This document shows, piece after piece, positions 1 to 9,447 of a DNA stretch of 64,000 bases. Position 1 is the first letter of the stretch; each line of letters opens with the position of its first letter. The stretch comes from an uncultured Chloroflexia bacterium (GTDB lineage Bacteria > Chloroflexota > UBA6077 > JACCZL01). Position numbers and translations under genes: made by a program. The DNA lies in assembly GCA_963765765.1 (NCBI GenBank), contig CAVXYC010000010.1, positions 160,001 to 224,000 of the forward strand, given 5' to 3'. The notes beneath the pieces were generated by a model that was not told where the DNA came from, did no database searches, and was given only the letters and a program-made list of their open reading frames with translations.

Positions 1-2
1 CG

Positions 3-473
3 TACTGCCGACTCATCTTTCTGGGGAGCACCTGTCCCGAGGGCTATCGCCACTGCAGCGTCTACGACCATTGGACGCCGACGCGCCACGGCAAGCATTA
101 CGACCCGCGCCTCGACGTCGTGGGCATCAACACGGGGCACACGAGCTATTGCCGCAACGGGCATGTCTTCAAGACGGAGACGACCCGCATCCTCCGGACC
201 GGCGCGGGTCGTCGGTGCCTGGTCTGCAGCCGCCAGGCGCGGGGATCGGCATTTGGGATGATCGAGCGGGGAGGGACACCTCCCGGCGCCCGCCATGATG
301 ATCGGTCCGTTTCCCGGACTGCTCGAACCAGACGAGCGACTACGGGGCAGCGCGCCCGGGTGGTCGGAGCAACCGATTCGCGCCCCGGAGGTGAAGATCG
401 GTCTTCAGATGCCCCCGACTTGCCTCTGGCCATCAGGCGTCGGCCCGCGCTCAGCGGAACAGTTGCTGGATGA
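3..473 (+). CDS. Partial ORF (open from window start) with a CxxGH...CxxC Zn-ribbon typical of phage HNH-associated tails
   Basis: Frame is open from position 3. Contains YCRNGHVFKTETTRILRTGAGRRCLVC. True 3' end uncertain. Confidence 0.45.
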   Translation, partial: YCRLIFLGSTCPEGYRHCSVYDHWTPTRHGKHYDPRLDVVGINTGHTSYCRNGHVFKTETTRILRTGAGRRCLVCSRQARGSAFGMIERGGTPPGARHDDRSVSRTARTRRATTGQRARVVGATDSRPGGEDRSSDAPDLPLAIRRRPALSGTVAG

Positions 474-963
474 CCAGCGTCCCGGCCGCGGTGAGCGTCC
501 GGCCCCGCCGGTGAGCGTGACCGCGGCCGGGTGCCGGCCCCGCTCGTCCGCCTCCCCATCGGTGGGCAGGACGGTCACTTTGAACAGTTCCCCGGACCGG
601 GTCGCCCGGAAGTCGATGACCGCCTCGGTGAGGCCGGCGATGCCGTCGTCGTCGAGATCGGCGCAGCTCATGTCGGGGTGGTCCTCGGCCACCATGATCG
701 TGTTCGAGGCGCCATCCTGGACACGCGCCGCGCCCTCGACCCGCGCCTGGCCGTCCGGGTCGAGGGTGACATGCGCCTGCATCGCGAGAGGCGTGCCGCC
801 GGGGCTGGTAACGCTGGCGGTAAAAGTGAGCGTTTTACTCGAGGGGCCCGGAACCGGGCCCATCCGGTGGGTGTCAGGTCCCGTCGTGCTCGGCCCCGGC
901 GGTGGCCGGCAGGAGCGCGAGCAGCCCGACCAGGAACGCGATGGGCAGGTGCAACTTCGTCAT
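405..963 (-). CDS. Putative secreted hypothetical protein with DGASNTIMVAE motif (frameshift near 870-880)
   Basis: ATG at 963 gives signal-peptide-like MTKLHLPIAFLVGLLALLPATGA, continuing in ORF 405-863. Confidence 0.45.
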
Positions 964-1168
964 CGCCGCCTCCCGACCGGCTCCGCGCCCGGTCCGCCCG
1001 TCAGTCTAGCGCCGAGTGGGGTGCCCGGGCAAGCCCGGTCCGAGTCAGGGGCACGCTCGTGCCGCTGTGGGCGCGTGATTCCAAAGGGTCGGTCAGCTTG
1101 TTCCAATAACTCCATAATCCGCCCCAGTCCGATGGCCTGAGCTCAGTGAGCCGATCAGAGTTTGGACC

Positions 1169-1371
1169 CTACTGGAATATTTCGGTGGCCTGCGACAGTA
1201 CAAGCTGCGGGATGGCAAGGCCGAGTTCTGTCGCCGTCCGTCGATTGACGACGGAATCGAACGCTGAGGGTTGCTCCACGGAAGGTCCGATGGCGCCGCA
1301 CCTTGCAAGATTCGGTCGACGTAGGTAGCCGCGCGGCGGTGTTGATCCACGGGGCTCGGCCCGTAGGACAA
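1169..1371 (-). pseudogene. C-terminal fragment of an ABC_sub_bind-type substrate-binding protein
   Basis: SYGPSPVDQHRRAATYVDRILQGAAPSDLP / VEQPSAFDSVVNRRTATELGLAIP across a frameshift. N-terminus absent. Confidence 0.7.
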
Positions 1372-1514
1372 GCTCGCCGAGCTCTGGGCACAGAAAGGAC
1401 GGACTGTTTCCGTATGGGCCGATGCTGGCGGCGCTCGTGATGCAGCCCGTCGCGCGCGAAGCCAGCGCCGCCATAATATCGACGGGATTGCAGCGGGTGT
1501 GGTGATCCGTTTCT

Positions 1515-3084
1515 CTAACGAACTAGCCCAACCCCGGCGAACGACAACAGGTCTACTATCGTGAAGTCCGGAGCGGGTTGACGGCGCGCGCTCCCGACGG
1601 CCGTTGGGAGCGTTGGTTGCCAGTCGGGCTCCTGGACAAGGTAGGACAGCTTGTCTCCCTGTAGCAGCCCGATGAATACCTCAGCCACAATCCGCGCTCC
1701 GACAGGCCCCAACCGTTCACCCTTGGTTTTCAGCTCAGCCTCCCGAAGAAGATAGAACCACAGGGGTGTATCGCTTTCCAGGCCGACCCCGAATGGCTTG
1801 AGGTCATCGAATGCATCGGGTTCGAGAATGAGGTCGGATTTACTCCTTCGGGGCCGGCCCCTCGGCCATCTCCTTGGCCATCGCCTTGGCGACTCGCTGA
1901 CCGGACGGCAGGCCAAACGTCAGGTGCCGAAGCAAGTTTCTCTGGGCGAGCGACTGCGGGTTGTTTCGGGGGTCTGGATTGTGGACGATGGTCGACGGCA
2001 GGGTGAAGAGCGGCGTCGAGAGGATCGTGTCGAGCCGCTTGTTCCGACGAGCTCTCCCGTCGCCGAAGTCGAAGAACGTCGGCCAGTCAATGAACCGCCA
2101 CGTCTCCCGCTTCGACCCGGCCAGATCGTCATTCTCCGGCTTATCCTGCGTGGCGCCCTCTTTGAAGACCAGCAGGAACAACTCCCCTCCGTCGCTGGCC
2201 CCAGTAAAGTTGGATCGATACGATGGCCGAACTTGGCTGTGCCCGAACCGGTACGCCGCGACCGAGAACTCGACCGGGACGAACGGCTCGTTCCGCCAGG
2301 TGTAGAACTTCCGACCGTCGGGGCGTAGCACCTCATCCACCACATCCTCCCCGCACGTGATACGAAGGAAGTGGTGGACCAGTATCCACTGGTAGTGCCA
2401 ACGGACCAGCCGTTGGGCTTCGGCGAACACTTCTTCGGGGTCGGCCGGACCGAGCTCCTGCTGCACGTGGTCGAAGACCTTATTGTGGAAGAGCAGGAAT
2501 GCCAGCTGGAGCTGCGAGATGATCAGGTTCTCGTCGTTACGCGGGTCACCGATCAGGGCGGTGTTCTGGGCGTTCCGAGCCAGATCGTGCTTGCCGGGTG
2601 TGCCAGTCTCTTCGATGAGGAATTTGACTCCCTGACCGGCGGGTGACTGATCGTATAAGTGCGGGCTTCCGAGCGGCCCAGCCCCATAGACGTTGTCCAG
2701 GGCCAAGGTGGGGGTGCGAAAGTTGGCGATCTGCTCGGGATCGACCTGCCGCTCAAGGCTGGACGTCGGGTCAAACGTGATGTCATGATCGATGAACTGG
2801 CCGAGGAACGTCATCCCGGCGGTCATCTCCGGGTTGCTGCTGTCGGGGTTGCGCCGTCTGAGGGCTTCGTTTGTGATCAAGGCTTTCGGGTCGCGGAGGT
2901 CGTCCTTCGCGTCCATCATCCCGCCCGGCTTGCCGATCTCCAGCAGAGCGGCGCGAACCGCTGGGGTATCGGACGCGAACGGGGGCAAGTTTCCAAATAG
3001 CCGGCCGAATTGTCCGGAAGCGAAGTACTTCGTGCGCGGCGGGCACCAATCCTGGCTGTGGTAGTAACCATGATGACTGCGCAT
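1515..3084 (-). CDS. Bacterial heme peroxidase (animal peroxidase / peroxidase-cyclooxygenase family), one frameshift near 1850
   Basis: Motifs TFLGQFIDHDITFD, IGDPRNDEN, EFSVAAYRFGHSQVR, TPLWFYLLREAE and LGPVGARIVAEV in ORFs 1840-3159 and 1515-1916. Confidence 0.85.
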
Positions 3085-3407
3085 CAGACAGATCCTCTCG
3101 AGCGAGGGTATCGTGGAGTCGACCACCATCGGCTGTGTCTGGTTGGTGGCGAACCACAACGAATATGGGACTGCGCATCTCCTTCATCAATAGTCCATAC
3201 GGACTAATGCTTGAACCGGGACGCGAGTAGCGGCGAGGTCGGTACGCTGCCTGCACGCTTCGTGGGGATGCCGCTGGACCGGGCGCTGGATCAGCTCACC
3301 CGCGGGCAAGCGGAACGCTGAGACGGATACACCCTCGCTCCCTCCTTGGTACGAACGAGGGACACTGCCCAATCCGAGCACCAGCTTGGGCTAGTGCCTC
3401 ATGACCG

Positions 3408-3710
3408 TTGGGCAATGAGCACGGTTTGGTCTTCAGTACGGGCGTTGGCACGCCATTGGACGGAAGGAACGTGACGCGCCGCTTTGAACAACTACTCGCC
3501 GGCTCAGATCTCCCGCGAATCCGATTCCACGATCTGCGTCACACCTGCGCGTCCTTGCTACTTGCACAGGGAGAGCAAGCGCGGACGATCATGGAGATCC
3601 TAGGTCACAGTCAGATCAGTCTGACCATGAACACCTACGCGCACGTGATGCCCACGCTGAAGAAAGAGGCCGCTAGGCGGCTGGATATGCTGCTTACAGG
3701 TGCCGTTTAG
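3408..3710 (+). pseudogene. Tyrosine integrase, C-terminal catalytic remnant
   Basis: RFHDLRHTCASLLL...EILGHSQISLTMNTYAH (H-x-x-R, H, Y). N-terminal part missing. Converges on the tRNA-Lys 3' end. Confidence 0.88.
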
Positions 3711-3713
3711 GGG

Positions 3714-3737
3714 TTGGTCGTCAAATTGGTCATCAAC
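3714..3737. repeat. Tandem 12-bp direct repeat, candidate integrase arm-type sites
   Basis: ttggtcgtcaaa / ttggtcatcaac, immediately after the integrase stop and ~60 bp from the tRNA end. Confidence 0.55.
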
Positions 3738-3795
3738 GCTCGAATGAGACCGCAGCCTTACAGGGCGTTTGACATAAGCTCAGTTCAAAAGTGGG

Positions 3796-3868
3796 TGACC
3801 CGCCCGGGACTCGAACCCGGAACCCTTCGATTAAAAGTCGAATGCTCTGCCAATTGAGCTAGCGGGTC
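3796..3868 (-). tRNA. tRNA-Lys(TTT), copy 1 (followed by CCCA rather than CCA)
   Basis: Cloverleaf GACCCGC...TTCGA CTTTTAA TCGAA...TTCGAGT...GCGGGTCA. Confidence 0.95.
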
Positions 3869-3968
3869 AAATTGGGACCGAAAACGGGCCGCTTGCCGAT
3901 AATCCGGCAGGCGGCCCGTTCGTTATGAACGAATGCGCGATGAACGAATACGCGATTGGTGGGGCGGT

Positions 3969-4097
3969 TTAGTGGCCGCCGCCGGAGCCGCACGAGCAAC
4001 CGCCACCACATCCGCCGCCCTGTTGCTGCGGGGCATTGGCCTTGGTCACGGTGAAGCCGCGACCCTTGAGCGAATCGACGAAGTCGATCTCAGCGCC
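3969..4097 (-). pseudogene. Orphan 3' fragment of IscA/ErpA gene
   Basis: GAEIDFVDSLKGRGFTVTKANAPQQQGGGCGGGCSCGSGGGH, near-identical to the C-terminus of 5989-6336. Confidence 0.9.
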
Positions 4098-4371
4098 GCT
4101 CGGGGCTCCGCAGGATCTGCACAACGTCAATCTGGAAAAATCGACAAGGTTGCCCGCGCGACGCTGGCCGTGCCTGTGGTGCACCCTCGTTGAGATGTGG
4201 AGTCCACGGCGGACCAGGCTATGGTCCGGCCCGACATCGCGAACCGTAATGGGGCGAAGCTGGCGTACGGCTAAGGGGCAACGCCCGAGCATGTGCGGAA
4301 GGTCTGCCTGCAAGACGACCTTGGGGACGATGAAGTACAGACGTTTAGAACATTGCGGAGAAGGCGCGAGA

Positions 4372-5121
4372 CTAATTGGCCTCAACGGCTTGGAAGCATT
4401 TACGCAGCAACCGAACGATCGGGCGATGAATTAGTTTGGAGATCACCGGATTGACTGCATAGTTGAGTGCAACCACCGAGGCCAAGATAGAACGAGAAGC
4501 GACACTAGGTCCGCGGCCGAAACCGACGCAAGACCTATCCAAGGTAGTGAGCCCTCGAATTGCATCGAACCAAGCGAGAACTGGACTGCAATTGAATAAC
4601 CTGCTTCCCACGCCCAGGGTGCGCCCGGACGCTAGCGACCCAATCTCCAGCGTCTGAGAGCGATGTTCCCCGGATGCCCCAACCAAGTGTAATCCCGAGA
4701 CTGAGAACGCGCACAGATAGATATCCCGATCGGAAGGGCGGTTAGGTATGGAATTCCAGCCAGCAGTATTTCGCTAAAGGAACGTTCGCTAACCTCAAAC
4801 CGCCACGCTAAGTCGTCGATCGCACCAGCTAGGGTCCGTATCAATACACGGATGCCGATGAGTGGCGGCGAGTAGCCGTGCGACCACTCGTCGGCGATCT
4901 GATCGTCGAGGTTCGAAGTCGAGCCTTGCTAGCCGTTGCTCTCGGATGGTGTCTGACAGCCCAACACATGTCAGGCGGCTCCAACCTCGGACGAGTCGGC
5001 GAGAGATCGGGAGCAAATAGGCTTGCAACACTATACCGAGCAGGAACGCCGCGATTACTCCGATCAGATGCATGGCGCTGGACGAAATCCGCTCGAACAA
5101 CAACCCGCCTTCCAGACTCAC
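4372..5121 (-). pseudogene. Degenerate membrane protein of the type found next to PadR regulators
   Basis: Hydrophobic segments plus RLVRGWSRLTCVGLSDTIREQR, split over several short ORFs. Confidence 0.4.
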
Positions 5122-5129
5122 AGCGATGC

Positions 5130-5435
5130 TCCGCTGAAAACCCGCACACCGACAGCAGGACTAGCCTCTTTCTGGCTCGAATCAAGGCCCGAGCCCCCGG
5201 GACTGTCACCCGGTAGAGGCACCACCGCGGGGGCCGGCTCTCAAAACGAGCTAATTCGCCATCCTCCCATCGAGACTGCAGGAACCCACTCCGCTCCAAT
5301 CGATCTAGGGCCCGGTAAAGACTGCCTCGAAGGAAGCGGATGGAAGAGAGAGTCCGTCTCGTAGCTGAATGAGCTTCGCCATTTGGTAACCATGGAACTC
5401 GGCTGAACCGTCGGGCGACATCGCCAGAGCTTCAT
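5130..5435 (-). pseudogene. PadR-family transcriptional regulator (degenerate or frameshifted; ends approximate)
   Basis: GSLYRALDRLERSGFLQSRWED...RPPRWCLYRVTVPGARAL is a PadR winged-helix signature. Confidence 0.7.
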
Positions 5436-5813
5436 CTAGGATCGCAATATCGATTGGTCGCAGATCACCGTCTTTAACTCTCATGGCAGCTTGATTATAC
5501 GCGACTAGGTGCGATTAACCCAATCATCGTCCACTTTGTAACGAGTCCCGCACCAAATTCCTTAACTTGGCCGAGCTGATGATAGATGTTGCAGGGCACG
5601 TCTGGCATCGGTGGGCGGCGCATGTGTGAGCGGGATGCTGGGCCGGATCGTAAGTAGCGCCAATGGCTTCGCGGATGCCTTCAGCGTGGCCACCCGAACT
5701 CAGCTGTGGGCAGTAACCGGAGCAGCAGGCTGCGACAACAAACAACGGAGTCGCGATGACCATGGACAACCGCGGCCGCTGAACAGACTGTGACCCAGCT
5801 CAAAAGTTACATC

Positions 5814-5889
5814 TGGTGACCCGCCCGGGACTCGAACCCGGAACCCTTCGATTAAAAGTCGAATGCTCTGCCAATTGAGCTAGCGGGTC
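5814..5889 (-). tRNA. tRNA-Lys(TTT), copy 2 with encoded CCA
   Basis: Identical tRNA body to copy 1, 76 nt, ending ACCA. Confidence 0.97.
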
Positions 5890-6117
5890 AAATTGAGACC
5901 GAAAACGGGCCGCTTGCCGATAATCCGGCAGGCGGCCCGTTCGTTATGACGAATGGGCGATGAACGAATACGCGATTGGTGGGGCGGTTTAGTGGCCGCC
6001 GCCGGAGCCACAGGAGCAACCGCCACCACATCCGCCGCCCTGTTGCTGCGGGGCATTGGGGTTGGTCACGGTGAAGCCGCGGCCCATGAGCGAGTCGACA
6101 AAGTCGATCTCAGCGCC
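5817..6117. repeat. Direct repeat copy 2 (~300 bp)
   Basis: Aligns to 3796-4097. Confidence 0.95.
5902..5945 (-). terminator. Intrinsic terminator-like hairpin between IscA/ErpA and tRNA-Lys (duplicated at 3881-3924)
   Basis: Minus strand: aacgggccgcctgccg-gattat-cggcaagcggcccgtttt. Confidence 0.65.
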
Positions 6118-6336
6118 ATCGAGGTACGGCGCGCTGGCCGGATCGACAAGCACTTTGATCCCACCGAGATCGATGATCGAGTCATCGGGTTTGGGCTCGT
6201 TGTCCAGCGCCATGCCGTAGGCCGGGCCAGAGCAGCTCATGCCGCGCACGAACACACGTAGCGCGTGTCCCTCTTTCTCCTTATCGGAGAGTACTTCCCG
6301 TACCTGCTCGGTTGCTTCCTGTGTGATCGTGATCAT
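5989..6336 (-). CDS. HesB/IscA/ErpA A-type Fe-S carrier
   Basis: ITITQEA..LRVFVRGMSCSG..YLDGAEIDFVDS..GFTVTNPNA..CGGGCSCG. Confidence 0.93.
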   Translation of the reverse strand: MITITQEATEQVREVLSDKEKEGHALRVFVRGMSCSGPAYGMALDNEPKPDDSIIDLGGIKVLVDPASAPYLDGAEIDFVDSLMGRGFTVTNPNAPQQQGGGCGGGCSCGSGGGH

Positions 6337-6418
6337 CCGTGCTGACTCCTTTGCGCGGCTCCGAGATCGGCTCCGTCATTATTGTAACGCAGCGGCGGCG
6401 CTAGATGGCCCGCGCCGC

Positions 6419-6495
6419 AATGAAGAACGCAGAATGAAGGATTGGCTCGCAAGCAGCCTGGTCCATTCTTCATTGTTAATTCTGCATTTTTCATT
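6419..6495. repeat. Inverted array of heptamer repeats (AATGAAG-like)
   Basis: aatgaag-aacgcag-aatgaag ... gtccatt-cttcatt-gttaatt-ctgcatt-tttcatt. Confidence 0.7.
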
Positions 6496-6538
6496 GGCCC
6501 CGAGGGCCCTCGTTGCAGGTCCGGCGGCCGCTTGATAG

Positions 6539-6564
6539 AATTCCCTATGAATTCAGTCGGAATT
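6539..6564. promoter_or_regulatory. Candidate Rrf2 (IscR-like) operator
   Basis: AT-rich imperfect palindrome AATTCC-ctatgaattcagtc-GGAATT, 14 bp before the rrf2 ATG. Confidence 0.6.
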
Positions 6565-6578
6565 TTACGAGGGAGGCC

Positions 6579-7079
6579 ATGAAGGTTTCAACGCGGGCGC
6601 ATTACGGCTTGCGCGCGATGACCGAGCTGGCCGCGGCATACGAACAGGGGCTATTGCCTTTGAGCGAGATCGCGCGGTCAGAGCAATTGCCGTTGGCATA
6701 CCTCGAGCAGCTTATCGCGGAGCTCCGCCGGGCGGGCCTGGTGGAGGGTATTCGGGGTGTTCACGGCGGCTATCGCCTGGCGCGGCATCCCGACAACATT
6801 ACCGTTGGCGATATCTATCGTGTGCTGGAAGGGCCAATTGCTCCGGTGGATTGTACTACCGTCGATTACCTGCCCGGCACCTGCGTGGTTGAGGAAAGCT
6901 GCGTGTCTCGCTCGGTCTGGTCGCGCGTACGCGACAGTATCGAGTCTGTGCTGGATTCCACCTCGCTCCAGGATCTTCAGATCGAGCATAACGCGGCCGC
7001 CGGAGCGAGGCTGATCCCATTAGAAACGCTTCGCGGTGCGGGCGATGAGCACTGCGTCACGGAGAGAGCACATCGATGA
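6579..7079 (+). CDS. Rrf2-family regulator (IscR-like, three Cys)
   Basis: MKVSTRAHYGLRAM..YLEQL..L..AGLV...RG..GGY.LAR. Cys in DC/TC/SC. RBS ggagg. Confidence 0.93.
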   Translation: MKVSTRAHYGLRAMTELAAAYEQGLLPLSEIARSEQLPLAYLEQLIAELRRAGLVEGIRGVHGGYRLARHPDNITVGDIYRVLEGPIAPVDCTTVDYLPGTCVVEESCVSRSVWSRVRDSIESVLDSTSLQDLQIEHNAAAGARLIPLETLRGAGDEHCVTERAHR

Positions 7080-7861
7080 CTACTGGCACACCCACGTTAG
7101 TAATTGAAGGATTGCGCGTCGCGGTTGAGGGTAAGGAGATCCTGCGCGGACTCGATCTGACCGTGAACCGTGGCGAGACGCACGCGCTGATGGGGCCGAA
7201 CGGCTCCGGCAAGAGCACGCTGGCAAATACGCTCATGGGGCACCCGCGCTACGAGGTGCTGAGCGGCAGCGTTCGTTTGAATGGCGAGGAGATCCTGGGC
7301 CTGGGCCCGGACAAGCGCGCCCAGATGGGTCTGTTCCTGGCGTTCCAGTACCCGGTAGCCATCCCTGGCGTGCGTCTGGGAGACTTTTTGCGCGCCGCCA
7401 CGCGGGCTACCCAGACCGAGCAAGTGAGTGCCCTCGAGTTCCGCAAGCGCCTGCGCCAGAAAATGGGCATGCTCAAGATCGACCAGGCTTTCGCGGCACG
7501 CGACGTGAATGAGGGCTTCTCCGGTGGCGAGAAAAAGCGCGCCGAGGTGCTCCAGATGGCCATGCTCGAGCCCGCCATCGCGGTGCTGGATGAGATCGAC
7601 TCCGGTCTTGACATCGATGCTCTGCGCACGGTTGCCGAGGGAGTAGAAGCGCTATCCGGGCCGGAGATGGGCCTGCTGGTGATCACACACTACCAGCGAT
7701 TGCTGAACTACATTCACCCTGACCATATTCATGTGCTGATCCAAGGTCGCATCGTCGAATCGGGCGGTGTGGAGATCGTGGAGAAGCTTGAAGCCGAGGG
7801 CTACGAGTCCTATATGAAGGACTTGCCGGCCGAAGAGCTCGTTGAGCAAGGAGCCCATTGA
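7076..7861 (+). CDS. sufC: Fe-S assembly ATPase SufC
   Basis: [37 protein letters not shown]. Confidence 0.97.
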   Translation: MTTGTPTLVIEGLRVAVEGKEILRGLDLTVNRGETHALMGPNGSGKSTLANTLMGHPRYEVLSGSVRLNGEEILGLGPDKRAQMGLFLAFQYPVAIPGVRLGDFLRAATRATQTEQVSALEFRKRLRQKMGMLKIDQAFAARDVNEGFSGGEKKRAEVLQMAMLEPAIAVLDEIDSGLDIDALRTVAEGVEALSGPEMGLLVITHYQRLLNYIHPDHIHVLIQGRIVESGGVEIVEKLEAEGYESYMKDLPAEELVEQGAH

Positions 7862-9264
7862 TGGCAGTCTCACCACGTGACATCACTACCGACTACAAGT
7901 ACGGTTTTCACGACGATGAGTCGACGTACTCATACAAGTCGGGCAAGGGCCTCACGCGCACGCTCATCGAGGAGATGTCCGCGCGCAAAGGCGAGCCCGA
8001 GTGGATGCTCCAGTTCCGGCTGCACGCGCTGGACGTCTTCTTGAAGAAGCCGATGCCCAAGTGGGGCGCCGATCTCTCCGGTATCGACTTCGAGAACATC
8101 CACTATTACGTGAGGCCGTCAGAGAACGCGACCCGAAGCTGGGATGACGTGCCCGAGTACATCAAGAACACATTCGATAAGCTAGGCATCCCCGAAGCTG
8201 AGCGGAAGTTTCTGGGCGGCGTGAGCGCGCAGTACGAGTCTGAGGTGGTGTACCACCAGATTCGCGAGGACCTCGAGAAGCTGGGTGTCCTCTTCCTGGA
8301 CATGGACAGCGGTCTCCGAGAGTACCCGGACATCGTGAAGGAGTACTTCGCGACGGTCATTCCGGTGGCCGACAACAAGTTCTCGGCGCTGAACAGTGCC
8401 GTCTGGAGCGGTGGCAGCTTCATTTATGTGCCCAAGGGCGTCAAGGTGGAGATTCCGCTGCAGGCCTACTTCCGTATCAATACCGAGAACATGGGCCAGT
8501 TCGAGCGGACGCTGATCATCGCCGATGAGGGGTCCTCGGTCCACTACATCGAGGGCTGCACCGCCCCGACGTATAGCTCTGACTCGCTCCACAGCGCGGT
8601 GGTTGAGCTTGTGGCTCGGCCCGGCGCGCACATTCGCTACACCACCATTCAGAACTGGTCCAACAATGTCTACAACCTGGTGACCAAGCGGGCCATCGCC
8701 TACGAGAACGCCACCATTGAATGGGTGGACGGGAACCTCGGCAGCAAGGTGACGATGAAGTACCCGGCCGTGTACCTGGTGGGTCGCGGCGCGCGGGCGG
8801 ACATCATCTCCGTGGCCATGGCCGGCCGCGGTATGCACCAGGACGCGGGCGGCAAGGTCGTACACGTGGCATCCGACACGACCTCCACGATCATCTCGAA
8901 GTCCATCAGTAAGGACGGCGGACGTACCAGTTACCGCGGCCTGCTGAAGGTGCACAAGGGCGCCGAGAACGTGAAGTCGTATGTGCGCTGCGACGCGCTC
9001 ATGCTGGACGAGGAGTCGCGCTCCGATACGTACCCGTCGATCGAGATCGACGAGGACAACGTGTCGATCGAGCACGAGGCCTCGGTGAGCAAGATCAGCG
9101 AAGAGCAGCTCTTCTATCTGATGGCACGCGGCCTGGATGAGACGCAGGCGAAGACGATGATAGTCAACGGCTTCTTCGATGTCTTCACCAAGGAGCTGCC
9201 CATGGAGTACTCGGTTGAGCTGAACCGGCTGCTCCAGCTCCAGATGGAAGGCGCGGTAGGCTGA
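7861..9264 (+). CDS. sufB: Fe-S assembly protein SufB
   Basis: [34 protein letters not shown]. Confidence 0.97.
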   Translation: MAVSPRDITTDYKYGFHDDESTYSYKSGKGLTRTLIEEMSARKGEPEWMLQFRLHALDVFLKKPMPKWGADLSGIDFENIHYYVRPSENATRSWDDVPEYIKNTFDKLGIPEAERKFLGGVSAQYESEVVYHQIREDLEKLGVLFLDMDSGLREYPDIVKEYFATVIPVADNKFSALNSAVWSGGSFIYVPKGVKVEIPLQAYFRINTENMGQFERTLIIADEGSSVHYIEGCTAPTYSSDSLHSAVVELVARPGAHIRYTTIQNWSNNVYNLVTKRAIAYENATIEWVDGNLGSKVTMKYPAVYLVGRGARADIISVAMAGRGMHQDAGGKVVHVASDTTSTIISKSISKDGGRTSYRGLLKVHKGAENVKSYVRCDALMLDEESRSDTYPSIEIDEDNVSIEHEASVSKISEEQLFYLMARGLDETQAKTMIVNGFFDVFTKELPMEYSVELNRLLQLQMEGAVG

Positions 9265-9447
9265 GCGAATTTCGCAAGATCGACGATGGGAAACGGACGA
9301 CGAAGCGCAGACGGCCTGAACGGCCGTTGGAGCCCCAGGTTACCTGGCGGCATCCATCCTGCCATCGTTCGTCATCCGGTCTAACGCATGGAGCATCACT
9401 GAGTGATTAAAACTCTGAGGAGCGTACATCCGGTACGAGGTGGATCA

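Larger units (their letters stand above)
3796..4097. repeat. Direct repeat copy 1 (~300 bp: tRNA-Lys + hairpin + 3' end of IscA/ErpA gene)
   Basis: Aligns to 5817-6117 with 10 substitutions and 1 indel by manual comparison. Confidence 0.95.

Noticed and set aside
3793-3796. tRNA-Lys copy 1 (and tRNA-Gly) non-functional because of a CCCA end
   Set aside because: This may be a homopolymer insertion. CCA can also be added enzymatically, and tRNA-Pro here lacks encoded CCA as well.
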